Assembly (NCBI GenBank): GCA_963677495.2
Contig: CAXXOU010000001.1
Coordinates: 320,001-384,000 of the forward strand
Source of the DNA: Candidatus Cloacimonadales bacterium
GTDB taxonomy: Bacteria; Cloacimonadota; Cloacimonadia; Cloacimonadales; JAFGVF01
Reading direction: 5' to 3'
DNA length: 64,000 nucleotides
Part shown: positions 18,851 to 29,492 of the stretch, piece by piece
Layout of the letters: each line of letters begins with the position of its first letter
Numbering within the stretch: the stretch's first letter is position 1
Position numbers and translations under genes: made by a program
Notes under the pieces: model-generated
Told to the model about the DNA's origin: nothing
Seen by the model: only the letters and a program-made list of their open reading frames with translations
Database searches by the model: none

Positions 18851-19321
18851 ATGATCCACTTTCTAGTATATTTAAGATATTTTATTGTGTTTGCAACAGT
18901 ATTCATGGGATTTTACTTTCAGACATCAAATCCCACTTTATCATTACGCCTTGTGAGTATGGGACTCGTGGGCTTCACCGGTATCCTTAGTTTTATTAGT
19001 CACGTTCCACTCCACAAAGCTGATTCAAAGAGATTAGGCTGGGAAACAGATCGACCTGATTGGCAGTTTGAAGTTGGTTTCGCAAACCTTGCGTTTGGTG
19101 TACTTGGAATTATTGCTAGTATGAATGCTTTTTGTGACCAATCTAGAAGTGTGATTATCACCGCATACGGAATTTATCTGTTCCAAGCTGCAATATTACA
19201 TCTTGTAAGAGCTTTGCAGTCAAAACCTGTGAATACAAAGAAGCTGATACTTAGTAGTGGGCTTACATTCGTATTTGTTGCATTTATGGCATATTTTGTA
19301 CTTAGTAACCTACAACATTAA
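18851..19321 (+). CDS. Small multi-pass membrane protein (DUF6790-like)
   Basis: Four to five hydrophobic segments and the motif WQFEVGFANLAFGVLG; ATG at 18851 after AAGGAG. Confidence 0.65.
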   Translation: MIHFLVYLRYFIVFATVFMGFYFQTSNPTLSLRLVSMGLVGFTGILSFISHVPLHKADSKRLGWETDRPDWQFEVGFANLAFGVLGIIASMNAFCDQSRSVIITAYGIYLFQAAILHLVRALQSKPVNTKKLILSSGLTFVFVAFMAYFVLSNLQH

Positions 19322-19335
19322 TATAGGGAGAATAA

Positions 19336-20340
19336 ATGAAACATAGTATATATAAAAAAGGAAAAGAGTTTTTAGGTGTTGATTATCCCATTCTATCAGG
19401 TGGAATGACTTGGATTAGTGACTTTGAACTAGTAAAAGCTGTTAGTGATGCAGGAGCATTCCCTGTTTTTGCAGGTGGAAACATGCCTCCGGATTTATTT
19501 GAAAAAGAGGTTGATAGGCTTATTGATGAGATAAAAAAGCCTTTTGCTATAAACCTAATTACGATTGCTCCAAACTACAGAGCTCATTTCGAAATTCTGC
19601 TTGAGAAGAAGGTAGAGTTCGTTGTCTTTGCGGGTAGTTTCCCAACAAAGAAAGATGTGCAACTCATGAAGCAATCAGGTAAGAAAACAATCTCCTTTGC
19701 CTCTACTGAATCAATTGCTGAAAAGCAGATAAACTGGGGTATTGATGCCCTTATCCTTGAAGGAAGTGAAGCCGGTGGGCATATCGGACATGTATCGCTT
19801 ATAGTCTTATTGCAACAAGTACTCTTCAAGTTCAGAGACTTCCCTATCTTCGTTGCAGGAGGACTTGCAACCGGTGAAATCATGGCACACCTCTTTCTCA
19901 TGGGTGCTTATGGTATCCAGATGGGTACAAGATTTGTGATGAGCGATGAGTGCACAGCACACGAGAAGTTCAAAGTTGCATTCAGAAGAGCGCGTGCCAG
20001 AACAGCAATTGCCACCCCTCAATACGACTCAAAACTCCCCGTGGTTGCAGTAAGAGCTCTTAAAAACAAGGGTATGGAGAACTTCGGGAAGCTTCAGTTA
20101 GAGCTACTCAAGAAATTGGAAGCAGGTGAGATAAACCGTGAAAAAGCACAGTACGAAGTAGAAAACTATTGGGCCGGTTCTCTCCGCAAAGCAGTAGAAG
20201 ATGGTGATGTAGAGAGTGGTTCATTGATGGCTGGACAAAGCGTAGGCTTAATCTCAGACATCAAACCTTTGAAGCAGATTGTAACCGATCTCTTCGATGC
20301 TTGTGATGCGGAGTTGGAGAGGATAAAGAAGCTCATTTAG
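19336..20340 (+). CDS. Nitronate monooxygenase / FabK-like FMN oxidoreductase
   Basis: YPILSGGMTWIS, EGSEAGGHIG, VAGGL, GIQMGTRF, GSLMAGQSVG motifs. Confidence 0.88.
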   Translation: MKHSIYKKGKEFLGVDYPILSGGMTWISDFELVKAVSDAGAFPVFAGGNMPPDLFEKEVDRLIDEIKKPFAINLITIAPNYRAHFEILLEKKVEFVVFAGSFPTKKDVQLMKQSGKKTISFASTESIAEKQINWGIDALILEGSEAGGHIGHVSLIVLLQQVLFKFRDFPIFVAGGLATGEIMAHLFLMGAYGIQMGTRFVMSDECTAHEKFKVAFRRARARTAIATPQYDSKLPVVAVRALKNKGMENFGKLQLELLKKLEAGEINREKAQYEVENYWAGSLRKAVEDGDVESGSLMAGQSVGLISDIKPLKQIVTDLFDACDAELERIKKLI

Positions 20341-20440
20341 CTTCTCTGTTAAAGATTGTGAGAGTCAGTTAAGTGTTATTATTCCTTGACTAATAACTTT
20401 CACGCCTACAATTTTGATGTTTATGAATATAGGAGGAAGA

Positions 20441-21262
20441 ATGAAATTCTTTAAATTACTATTGGTATTACTCTTAGCTTTTACAATGCTTGGAGTTGTA
20501 GGTTGTGAAGATGATGATGACCAAACATCTACAGGTCTTTACTTAGTCGATCCTTTCGAGGAAGGTGGAGAAACAATTAATGGTCTTGATTGGGCTGTTA
20601 TTGGAAGTATGGATAACTCTTTCAAAGATAACGATGTCAGCTATATCTATGTTTTACCATTATATGACAGCATTTGGGATGAGCCATATCCATTCTTACA
20701 AGATATCTCTCTTACAATCGGTGGAGAAGAAATTACTCTTGAAATGTTTAGTGATTCCGAGTTTTACAGCATTCCATTATGGGTTGGTGCCGTAACAATG
20801 ACAACAGGTGCTACTTTTACTTATAACTTATCAGTAACTGAAGTTAACGGTACTTCTCACAGTTATAGTGCTAATCTTGCATCAGTTTATCCTACAACAA
20901 CATTTAACTGGCCTGACACAATCGTTCAGGGTGGAGCAGTTGAAGTAAGTTGGACTCTACCACAGAACAACCAGTATCAGCTCGCTAATTGCACATCGTA
21001 TGATTTCTACTATGAGAATGATGATGAATATGAGAAAGAACTTGTTAACAGTATTAGAAGTTATACATTCCCTGCAAACTGTGTTGATGACTTTGGTGTT
21101 GGCACTGAATATGATTATTGTATAGATCAAATCAATCAGACAACAAACGGTAGATTCCTTGTTGTTAGTGGTTATAGCAACTACATGGAGTATTATAAGA
21201 AAGGTGCTCCATCACATATCGAAAGAGTTGAAAGATTCAAAAGAATACTTAACCTTAAGTAA
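20441..21262 (+). CDS. Hypothetical lipoprotein
   Basis: AGGAGG RBS; signal peptide ending in a lipobox-like VVGC followed by an acidic linker. Confidence 0.75.
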   Translation: MKFFKLLLVLLLAFTMLGVVGCEDDDDQTSTGLYLVDPFEEGGETINGLDWAVIGSMDNSFKDNDVSYIYVLPLYDSIWDEPYPFLQDISLTIGGEEITLEMFSDSEFYSIPLWVGAVTMTTGATFTYNLSVTEVNGTSHSYSANLASVYPTTTFNWPDTIVQGGAVEVSWTLPQNNQYQLANCTSYDFYYENDDEYEKELVNSIRSYTFPANCVDDFGVGTEYDYCIDQINQTTNGRFLVVSGYSNYMEYYKKGAPSHIERVERFKRILNLK

Positions 21263-21278
21263 TTATTACAATTATCTC

Positions 21279-21307
21279 AAGCCTGCTGAGATTTCAGCAG
21301 GCTTTTT
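21279..21307 (+). terminator. Rho-independent terminator
   Basis: AAGCCTGCTGA-GATT-TCAGCAGGCTTTTT. Confidence 0.85.
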
Positions 21308-21472
21308 CTTTATCTAATATACCATCTGATTACGAGCTACAACTTCTTCAAAGTAGTAACAATCGTAATTATGCTTCAACAAAACAGAGAATCGTGTTGT
21401 AAAAAAAGCATTTAAGACTTGACTAATGAAGATGTTATGAGATAAGCAACTATCTTAATGGGAGACGGGTAA

Positions 21473-22669
21473 ATGAAAAAAGAAAAAGTCATGCTAGAGA
21501 AAATCATGTATTTGGGCAACATGATGACTCAGCTAAAAGATACCGATGTTCTGATGGAGAACATACTGACAGAGGCAAGAAAACTCAGTCATTGTGATGC
21601 AGGATCAATTTACAAATGTGATGGGGATCAATTAATATTCAGTTACACTCAGAATCAAACGCAACAAGATGAACTTCCAATTGGAATTAAGCTAGTCTAT
21701 AGCAGTTTTAAAATGGCAATAGATGAGAATTCAATCGCGGGATATGTCGCAGTTAACAATAAGGTTTTGAATATTGATGATGTTTACGATATTATGGACA
21801 AAGAACCTTACTCCTTTAATCCATCATTCGATCAGAAAACAGGATACCATACTCAATCGATGATTACAATACCAATGCCAACTGCTACAGGGAAAATAAT
21901 CGGAGTGTTACAGCTGATAAATGCATTGGATGAGGAAGGCAATGTAATCCCATTTGATAAAGAGAATATTCCGCTTCTTAAGCACTTTGCAAATACCGCT
22001 GCTGTTGCCCTTGAAAGAGCAGATATGACAAGATCGATTATTCTTAGGATGATAGGTATGGCAGAGCTCAGAGATCCAAAAGAAACAGGAGCTCATGTTA
22101 ATAGGGTTGGAGCATTTTCGGCGGAGATATACGAAGCTTGGGCAATAAAACACAAGGTTTTACCTCGTGAAATTCAGCACTATAAAGATTTGCTCAGAAT
22201 TGCAGCGATGTTACACGATGTGGGTAAAGTTGGTATTGCTGATGCTATTTTGAAGAAACCCGGAAAACTTACTGATGAAGAATATAGTACTATGAAAACA
22301 CACCCAACAATTGGTGCAAATCTTTTTGGAGATCCTCATTCTGAGCTTGATCAGATGTCACGTGATATTGCTTTATGCCATCATGAACGTTGGGATGGAC
22401 GTGGATATCCGGGAGTTTGGAATGAAATTGAAAAGAAAAATAACGAGCTTACAGGTGAAGAGATTCCTCTTTGGGCTAGAATAGTAGCACTTGCTGATGT
22501 GTTTGATGCATTATCAAGTAGAAGAAGTTACAAGGAAGCCTGGGGACCGGAAGAAGTGTATGCAGAATTGCAACGCTCTGCCGGAACGCAGTTTGATCCT
22601 GAATTAGTTGATATCTTTATGTCTATAAAAGAAAACTTGCAGGAGATTAGGAAGAAATATCCGGATTAG
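21473..22669 (+). CDS. GAF + HD-GYP cyclic-dinucleotide phosphodiesterase
   Basis: GAF (SIAGYVA...FDQKTGYHTQSM...GVLQLIN), then ETGAHVNRV, LHDVGK, HHERWDGRGYP and ADVFDAL. Confidence 0.92.
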   Translation: MKKEKVMLEKIMYLGNMMTQLKDTDVLMENILTEARKLSHCDAGSIYKCDGDQLIFSYTQNQTQQDELPIGIKLVYSSFKMAIDENSIAGYVAVNNKVLNIDDVYDIMDKEPYSFNPSFDQKTGYHTQSMITIPMPTATGKIIGVLQLINALDEEGNVIPFDKENIPLLKHFANTAAVALERADMTRSIILRMIGMAELRDPKETGAHVNRVGAFSAEIYEAWAIKHKVLPREIQHYKDLLRIAAMLHDVGKVGIADAILKKPGKLTDEEYSTMKTHPTIGANLFGDPHSELDQMSRDIALCHHERWDGRGYPGVWNEIEKKNNELTGEEIPLWARIVALADVFDALSSRRSYKEAWGPEEVYAELQRSAGTQFDPELVDIFMSIKENLQEIRKKYPD

Positions 22670-22813
22670 GAGATTTCCAGATATATATTTCCTTAGGAAT
22701 TTTTTTCATTGACAACTACATAAGATATTCCCATATTTACAGATGATATTGTTTAAGATAAATGATTTTAATGCTTATTCCATCTGCATTTACAAGCTGT
22801 AAAGGGAGTAGTT

Positions 22814-24331
22814 ATGAAAAAACTTGTTGTTATCCTTGCTCTAATATCTTGTTGGACATTCCTAATAGGGTTCGAAACTATTTGTAAAAATTATACAAAT
22901 TCACATGAGCTAACGATACCACAATTATATGTTTCTGTAACTGGTGATGTTCCAAGTGACTCAATAGGAGTATTAAAGCTATATTTTACATCGTTGAACT
23001 GGGATAATCCAAATTTTCATTTCTATTCTGACTCTTTAACAACATTCTCCATAAATGAGGTTGAAGAGGGTTTCTACCAACTTCACTGTATTGCCTGGGA
23101 TCAAAATGGCAATCAATTTAAGGCGGGAGTTTATGGAGATTCGATTATTCCAACTGCAGTGGAAGTAAATGATGAGCTGATTGGCCAAACTTTGGGCATT
23201 AACTTAAACCAAGATTATTGGGAAAATACGAATGTAGTAGGACATCCCGTAACTAGTGGGTCAATAGTAACATACCCATATGTAAACATTTGCCAGGGGA
23301 AACCTTATCCTAGCTATTCACATTATTATGTCGAAAATGATTTTTTGTGCATAGAAAAAAAAGTAAGTTGGGATAACTCATCCAACTCATTTCTAGAGAT
23401 TGAATACAATTCTGGGGCAAATCAACTACTTAAAATAAATAACTTAAGTATAAATGATACATGGGAAAGTATTCGCGTAGTAGGAGATAGTACGACTCCA
23501 ACCTATTGGCATGCTGAGGTAGTATTTAGTGAAACACAACAGTTTAATGGAGAAGAGTTTCAAGTATATGTAGTTGAGACAATAGACCCAATAAACACAA
23601 GAACTTGCTACATATATATGGCTGAAAATATTGGGATATTAATGACACTTATCTATAACAACTATAGCCTGTATGCTGGTTCGATACTAGGTGATTATCA
23701 AGTTGAGGGAGACGATACGTTTTTTCCAATCTCTACACAAAACTATTGGTCAAGATTACCCATTTGTTCCCAAGAAACACCATGGAATTTAAGGCTTGAT
23801 AACCAATCCGTTCTTCGTTGGGAAGGTCCAGTTTATAACAATATTGATTATGATGGATATAGGATTTATGCTGGGGGTGATGTGATTGATGAAATTGATT
23901 TTCAATACCGTAGTTATTCTCTTCCTTTGGATGAAAATCGAACACAATATTCTGTCTCTGTATCTGCATATAATGATGAAGTAGAGAGTGGTCATAGTAA
24001 CTCTATTGAAGTCTCAATGACAGCTAATGAGAATTCTTCGATAAATATTCCCAAGTCATCTCTTCACAATTGTTATCCAAATCCATTCAATCCGGTCACC
24101 AACATTTCATTCAATATCGCTGAGTCATCGACACACACATCTATCATCGTATATAATGTTAAAGGACAGAAAGTAAAGGAACTATGTGATTCAGTACTCA
24201 AAAGAGGAGAGCATAAAATCCAATGGAATGGTCTTGATGATGATAAAAGAGAGGTTTCATCGGGTGTATACATCCTAAGGATGCAGACAGGAGTTGATTC
24301 AGACACACAGAAGTTGATACTTCTTAAATGA
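22814..24331 (+). CDS. Secreted protein with FN3-like and C-terminal FlgD-Ig/T9SS-A-like domains
   Basis: Signal peptide; NCYPNPFNPVTNISF...WNGLDD...SSGVYIL...KLILLK. Confidence 0.78.
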   Translation: MKKLVVILALISCWTFLIGFETICKNYTNSHELTIPQLYVSVTGDVPSDSIGVLKLYFTSLNWDNPNFHFYSDSLTTFSINEVEEGFYQLHCIAWDQNGNQFKAGVYGDSIIPTAVEVNDELIGQTLGINLNQDYWENTNVVGHPVTSGSIVTYPYVNICQGKPYPSYSHYYVENDFLCIEKKVSWDNSSNSFLEIEYNSGANQLLKINNLSINDTWESIRVVGDSTTPTYWHAEVVFSETQQFNGEEFQVYVVETIDPINTRTCYIYMAENIGILMTLIYNNYSLYAGSILGDYQVEGDDTFFPISTQNYWSRLPICSQETPWNLRLDNQSVLRWEGPVYNNIDYDGYRIYAGGDVIDEIDFQYRSYSLPLDENRTQYSVSVSAYNDEVESGHSNSIEVSMTANENSSINIPKSSLHNCYPNPFNPVTNISFNIAESSTHTSIIVYNVKGQKVKELCDSVLKRGEHKIQWNGLDDDKREVSSGVYILRMQTGVDSDTQKLILLK

Positions 24332-24524
24332 ATTCAACAGTTTTAGTTGTTAAGCTCGACTTCAAGATTGGCTATGCATCTGCTTATTAGTCCCTCTTGT
24401 TCACTAATAATGAGCATATTATTTTTTATGATGAAGGATAAATTAATAGCAAATATACATAAAAATGAATATCTTTTTGTTTCTCTATTGACACCTTTCG
24501 GAAGCACAAAAAACTACCTGTAAT

Positions 24525-25535
24525 ATGAAAACGAAAATAATTGCAACTATTAGCAAAGTAAATGGTAGTATAGATCTATTAGCTGACATGATAAAGGCAG
24601 GAGCAGATATCTTTAGGATTAACATGTCCCATGCTTCTCATGAGGATGTTTTAGAACTAATTGAAAGAATCAGATTAGCTGAAGAAAAATGTAGCAAACC
24701 TGTTGAAATCATGGTCGACCTTGCAGGTCCTGAACTAAGACTACTTTCTATTGAAACACCTGTAACATGTAATCAGAGTACTATGCTTGAACTTCATAAA
24801 ACCAAAAGTCTATCTATTCCTGAAGTCTTTAACAAACTGTCAATTAATGACAGGATGCTCTTGCAGGATGGGAAGTTTGAAGGTTCTGTAGTTTCAATAA
24901 CAAAAGAAACAGCAGTGATAGAAGTTAATGGAAACGGTACAATTCTACCCAATGCCCATATCTCATTCCCTGAAATTGAGTATGGGGATCTCGAAATCAC
25001 AGAGAAAGATAAAACTGACTTAATATTTGCTGATAAAGTTAATGCTGATTATCTTGCACTATCTTTTATCCACTCAAAAGCTGATGTTCAGGCTTATAGA
25101 GATTTCTTAAAACTTGCGGATCCTGAATATACAATTAGTTTCTTACCTAAGTTCGAGTCTAGACAATCACTTAAAAACATTGACGAAATTGTTGAAGCAG
25201 GTGATTGCTTTTTCATAGCTCGTGGTGATATGGGAACAGAGAATCCGATGGATTTGATACCATATTATCAAAAGCTGATAACAGCGAAGTGCAGAAAGCA
25301 AAACAAACCGGTATTTGTAGCTACTCAGATGCTTAGTTCTATGGAGGATAATCCTCTTCCAACCAGAGCTGAAGTATCTGATATTGCAAATGCAGTTATT
25401 GATGGTGTTACAGCTTTAACACTATCTGGTGAGACAGCTATTGGTAAATATCCGGTAGAGTCAGTGAAACAGATGAGACTGATTACAGATTCGGCTGAGA
25501 ATTATAGAGACGAGATAAAAAGATTGGAGAAATAA
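24525..25535 (+). CDS. pyk: Pyruvate kinase, short form lacking the C-terminal domain
   Basis: KTKIIATI, FRINMSH, KFES, IARGDMG, ATQMLSSM, PTRAEVSDIANAV, LSGETAIGKYP; only 336 aa. Confidence 0.88.
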   Translation: MKTKIIATISKVNGSIDLLADMIKAGADIFRINMSHASHEDVLELIERIRLAEEKCSKPVEIMVDLAGPELRLLSIETPVTCNQSTMLELHKTKSLSIPEVFNKLSINDRMLLQDGKFEGSVVSITKETAVIEVNGNGTILPNAHISFPEIEYGDLEITEKDKTDLIFADKVNADYLALSFIHSKADVQAYRDFLKLADPEYTISFLPKFESRQSLKNIDEIVEAGDCFFIARGDMGTENPMDLIPYYQKLITAKCRKQNKPVFVATQMLSSMEDNPLPTRAEVSDIANAVIDGVTALTLSGETAIGKYPVESVKQMRLITDSAENYRDEIKRLEK

Positions 25536-25846
25536 TGAGTGGATACAATGTAATATGTGATTTAGTAGTAGTTACTTATGATATAGGTCCTAGTTTATCA
25601 CCTTTTGTAGCAAAAGTTTGTAAAGTCATTGAGGAAGACTCAAAAGTTGAACATATGCTCACACCGATGGGTTCAATCATTGAAGGTGATTATGATGATG
25701 TAATGGCTCTTGTAGATAGAGTATTTAAGACAGTAGCACCTGATTATGAGCGTGTAGGGATTACTGTAAAAATGGATTATAGAAAATCCAAAAAGAATAG
25801 AATGCAAGGTAAAGTTGCTTCTGTTTCAGAGAAGATGGGAAAATGA
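25535..25846 (+). CDS. MTH1187/YkoF thiamine-binding-protein family
   Basis: SLSPFVAK...LTPMGSIIEG...KMDYR...KVASV pattern; start overlaps the pyk stop. Confidence 0.8.
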   Translation: MSGYNVICDLVVVTYDIGPSLSPFVAKVCKVIEEDSKVEHMLTPMGSIIEGDYDDVMALVDRVFKTVAPDYERVGITVKMDYRKSKKNRMQGKVASVSEKMGK

Positions 25847-27132
25847 AAAAGTACTATATAGAATCATTAGGATGTCCTAAGAATCTTGTTGATAGTGAGA
25901 TTTTCGCTTGGTTGACTGAGAAAAATGGTTATGAATTCACAGAAAATCCTATGGAAGCAGAGCTGATTATCGTTAATACATGTGGTTTTATTAGTGATGC
26001 TAAAGAGGAAGCAATTGAAACGATTTTCGAGATGAACGCTCTAAAAACAATTGGTAAATGTAAGAAGCTTATTGCCACAGGTTGTTTAATTGGACGATAT
26101 TTTGAAGACTTAAAAAGTTCGCTACCTGAAGTTGACCATTTAGTTGATTTGAAAGACTTTAAGTCTTTTGCGAAGATACTGGGAGATAACAACCCACAGC
26201 TTGAGAGAAAGATTTTAACTCCTCCCCATTATGCGTTTTTGCGTATCAGCGATGGTTGTGATAATCGATGTACATACTGTGCTATACCAGGAATTAGAGG
26301 TGGGCATGTATCAAGACCAATCGAAGAACTGGTGAAAGAGAGTGAGAAGATTGCAAAGCAAGGAGTTAAAGAGCTTATAGTTACAGCTCAGGATGTTACT
26401 CTTTATGGTCAGGATATCTATGGAGAGAAGAAGCTTCCTGCTTTGTTAATCGAACTGGAGAAGATTGAGGGTCTCAAATGGATAAGACTGCTTTATATGC
26501 ATCCTGCACATGTCACAGAAGAGCTGATTGATATGATTGCCGGTTCTAAGAAAGTACTACCCTATTTCGACATTCCACTACAGCATGCTTCTGACAAGAT
26601 GCTAAAATCAATGAATCGTAAGATTAGCTCACAAGCTCAAGTTAATGTATTAACCATGATTAGAAACAAAATTCCTCATGCTGCAATTAGAACAACATTT
26701 ATTTCAGGCTTCCCAGGTGAGAAACAGAAAGATCACTTAGAGTTACTGGAACTGATTAGAAAGGTAAAATTTGAGCGATTAGGTGTCTTCGTATATTCAC
26801 CTGAAGAGGGTACTCCGGCATCGGACTTCCCTAATAAAGTCACTATTAATACAGCTCAGAAACGCCAGGATGAGATTATGGCTACTCAACAAGCTATCTC
26901 TGAAGAGATAATGGTAACATATGTCGGACAGGAGCTTGAAGCTATTATTGATGCAATGTCAGAAGGAGAAGGGATTCTCTATGACGCAAGAACGATTTAT
27001 GATGCCCCAGATATAGATGGTAATCTGTTTATAGTCAGTGGTTCGGCATCAGTTGGTGACATTGTAAAGGTTAGAATTATTGATAGTTGGGAGTATGATT
27101 TAATTGGAGAAATTGTCTACGATAGAGATTAG
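25843..27132 (+). CDS. rimO: Ribosomal protein S12 methylthiotransferase
   Basis: SLGCPKNLVDSE, NTCGFI, radical-SAM CDNRCTYC, and DAPDIDG in the TRAM domain. Confidence 0.95.
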   Translation: MKKYYIESLGCPKNLVDSEIFAWLTEKNGYEFTENPMEAELIIVNTCGFISDAKEEAIETIFEMNALKTIGKCKKLIATGCLIGRYFEDLKSSLPEVDHLVDLKDFKSFAKILGDNNPQLERKILTPPHYAFLRISDGCDNRCTYCAIPGIRGGHVSRPIEELVKESEKIAKQGVKELIVTAQDVTLYGQDIYGEKKLPALLIELEKIEGLKWIRLLYMHPAHVTEELIDMIAGSKKVLPYFDIPLQHASDKMLKSMNRKISSQAQVNVLTMIRNKIPHAAIRTTFISGFPGEKQKDHLELLELIRKVKFERLGVFVYSPEEGTPASDFPNKVTINTAQKRQDEIMATQQAISEEIMVTYVGQELEAIIDAMSEGEGILYDARTIYDAPDIDGNLFIVSGSASVGDIVKVRIIDSWEYDLIGEIVYDRD

Positions 27133-27252
27133 TCTCAGATTATTGTAACTATATTCCGACTAGTCATTAATATTATAACCTTGACTAATAATATTACTAT
27201 TGAAAATTCCGTAAGAATATTAACAAGAATTAAATAAATAAGGAGTAATGTT

Positions 27253-29289
27253 ATGCAGAGAAAGCTTTTGCTTGTAACTCTTCTAACAATAATTTTATCT
27301 GTTGGACTTCTGTGGAGCGTAGCAGATTCAAAACCAAACCCTGACCCCAAAACCGTCTTAGTTGAATTTGATAAGGGCACAATTACTAAAGGTGATTTAG
27401 ACGCTAAGATCGCTAAAATACCACCACAATATCAGAACAGATATAAAACTATTAACGGACAGGAAGAGATTCTTCAAGGAATTATCTTAGAAGATGTTTT
27501 CTACCGTAAAGCTATTGACTTAGGTCTTGATAAAAAGAAAGAGATTGCTGACAAAGTAGATAATGCAACTCGAGAAATCTATATTGAAAGCTATTACAGA
27601 CAAGAAGTACGTGATCAGGTTGCTGCTATTAGCAATAAAGATAAGCAACAATACTATATGTCTCATCTTGATGAATTTTATGAGCAACCTAACACTACAA
27701 TCCTTTACATCCAAGCTGAGGATCAGGAAAGTGCAGAAAAAGCCCTTACTGAGCTTAAATCAGGTAAAGCGTGGGCCGAAGTTTCAAATACATACAATAA
27801 GAATGGTTATGCAAAGAACAACAAGGGTGTAATCAAAGGTATAAGAAACAATGGTCACGTACCGGGTGTAAATAAGAATGAAGCTTTAAGTAAGCTGATC
27901 AATGATGCTCAGGTATCACAGGATAAGATTCATGGTCCGGAAGTAATTGATGGTGTATATCATATTTTTAAAGTAACTGACAGAATTGAAGGATATCAGA
28001 AAACACTTGAAGAAGTTGAACCAACTCTAGAAAAACGTGTTAAGTTCGAAAAAGAAAAGACTCTTACAAAAGCTCTCTTCGATAGACTTGCAACTAAATA
28101 CAATCTTGTTGTTGATGATGAGCTAGCCGGTTCTTTAGATTTAACTACTCCGGTAACTGATAATGAAATTCTTAAGAAAAGCGTTATCTCTTCTGATTAT
28201 GCAAAACTCAATTTGACTGTCGAAAATGTATATGAAGTTCTTGCTGCAATGAGTCCTCAAGAGAAAGCGATGTATATGAAAGCTACCGGAGATGACAGTT
28301 TCTTCAAACGCTACCCTACACAGCTTCTTTATATGGCAGAAGTGGAAGAGAATGGTAAAGAAAACTACGTTGATGAACCAGATAGACTCAGACAGATATC
28401 AAGATACTTTGTTCTTCGTGCTGTTTACAAACAACTTGTTACTGACAAGATTGATGTTACTGATGAAGACCTTCAGAAGTATTATGATGAAAGCATTGAA
28501 CGTTATAAAGTTCCTGGTCACAGATCTATTAGATTATACAAATTTGATGAAGAGAAGAAAGCTAAGAAAGCTTACAAAGCTATTCGCAAAGCTATGAAGA
28601 AAAAGAATCCTCTCAAACAAGAAGCTGCAATCAAAAAAGCATATGAGAAGTATGCAGTTAACACTTTTGAAGATGGTTTCATTGCAAAAGTATATAATAA
28701 CAACATGGTTCTTGGTTATGGTAAAGATGTTGACTTCAACAAATTAGTATTCTCAACTCCTCTTAATGGGACAACTGAACCTTTCAAATCTTCTAATGGA
28801 GACTTACTTGTCTTCACAGTACTTGAAAATGTTGAAGATACATACAGACCTCTTGATGAAGTAAAACAAGCTATAGAAAAAAATGCTAAACAGAATAAAG
28901 AAAAAGCATTTAGAGACGAAGTTAAAGCTGACTTAATGGCTGAATATCAGTATAAAGTTTATGCAGACAGATTAACTGTTAAACTGACTGTTGAAGAGCT
29001 ATTCGAAATGGCTGATAATGCTATCAAGCAAAGAAAATACAATGATTCTGTAATCTATTATGATCAAATCATTAAATCTTTTAAAGATGGTGTTAATGAC
29101 TATAAAGCTATGTTTATGAAAGCATTCACATACTCTGAAAACATTAAAGACAAAGCTAAAGCTATAGAGTGCTATAATGAGTTTTTAGCGAAATATCCAA
29201 CCGGAGAACTTAACGAATCAGCTAAGTTTATGCTTGACCAACTTCAAAATGGTGAAGTGAATATTGATGAGTTGATTGAAAACGAATAG
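27253..29289 (+). CDS. Periplasmic PpiC/SurA-like peptidyl-prolyl isomerase/chaperone with C-terminal TPR
   Basis: Signal peptide, two rotamase-like repeats (GVYHIFKV; GDLLVFTV...RPLDEVK) and C-terminal TPR-like helices. Confidence 0.75.
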   Translation: MQRKLLLVTLLTIILSVGLLWSVADSKPNPDPKTVLVEFDKGTITKGDLDAKIAKIPPQYQNRYKTINGQEEILQGIILEDVFYRKAIDLGLDKKKEIADKVDNATREIYIESYYRQEVRDQVAAISNKDKQQYYMSHLDEFYEQPNTTILYIQAEDQESAEKALTELKSGKAWAEVSNTYNKNGYAKNNKGVIKGIRNNGHVPGVNKNEALSKLINDAQVSQDKIHGPEVIDGVYHIFKVTDRIEGYQKTLEEVEPTLEKRVKFEKEKTLTKALFDRLATKYNLVVDDELAGSLDLTTPVTDNEILKKSVISSDYAKLNLTVENVYEVLAAMSPQEKAMYMKATGDDSFFKRYPTQLLYMAEVEENGKENYVDEPDRLRQISRYFVLRAVYKQLVTDKIDVTDEDLQKYYDESIERYKVPGHRSIRLYKFDEEKKAKKAYKAIRKAMKKKNPLKQEAAIKKAYEKYAVNTFEDGFIAKVYNNNMVLGYGKDVDFNKLVFSTPLNGTTEPFKSSNGDLLVFTVLENVEDTYRPLDEVKQAIEKNAKQNKEKAFRDEVKADLMAEYQYKVYADRLTVKLTVEELFEMADNAIKQRKYNDSVIYYDQIIKSFKDGVNDYKAMFMKAFTYSENIKDKAKAIECYNEFLAKYPTGELNESAKFMLDQLQNGEVNIDELIENE

Positions 29290-29311
29290 CATATACATTT
29301 GATATACTTAT

Positions 29312-29340
29312 AAGCCCGACTCATAGCAGTCGGGCTTTTT
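29312..29340 (+). terminator. Rho-independent terminator
   Basis: AAGCCCGACT-CATAGC-AGTCGGGCTTTTT. Confidence 0.85.
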
Positions 29341-29492
29341 ACTTTTAACTGCAATTTTGAAGGAAATCTTGCTTTCGCTTGTAATAATAATAGATTATCT
29401 GGAAGAGATTATGCTTTACAATTTAGCATAGATTTTAAATTTGCACATAACAAATTGATATAATTTAAATTGAGATATATTGGAGTTACAAA

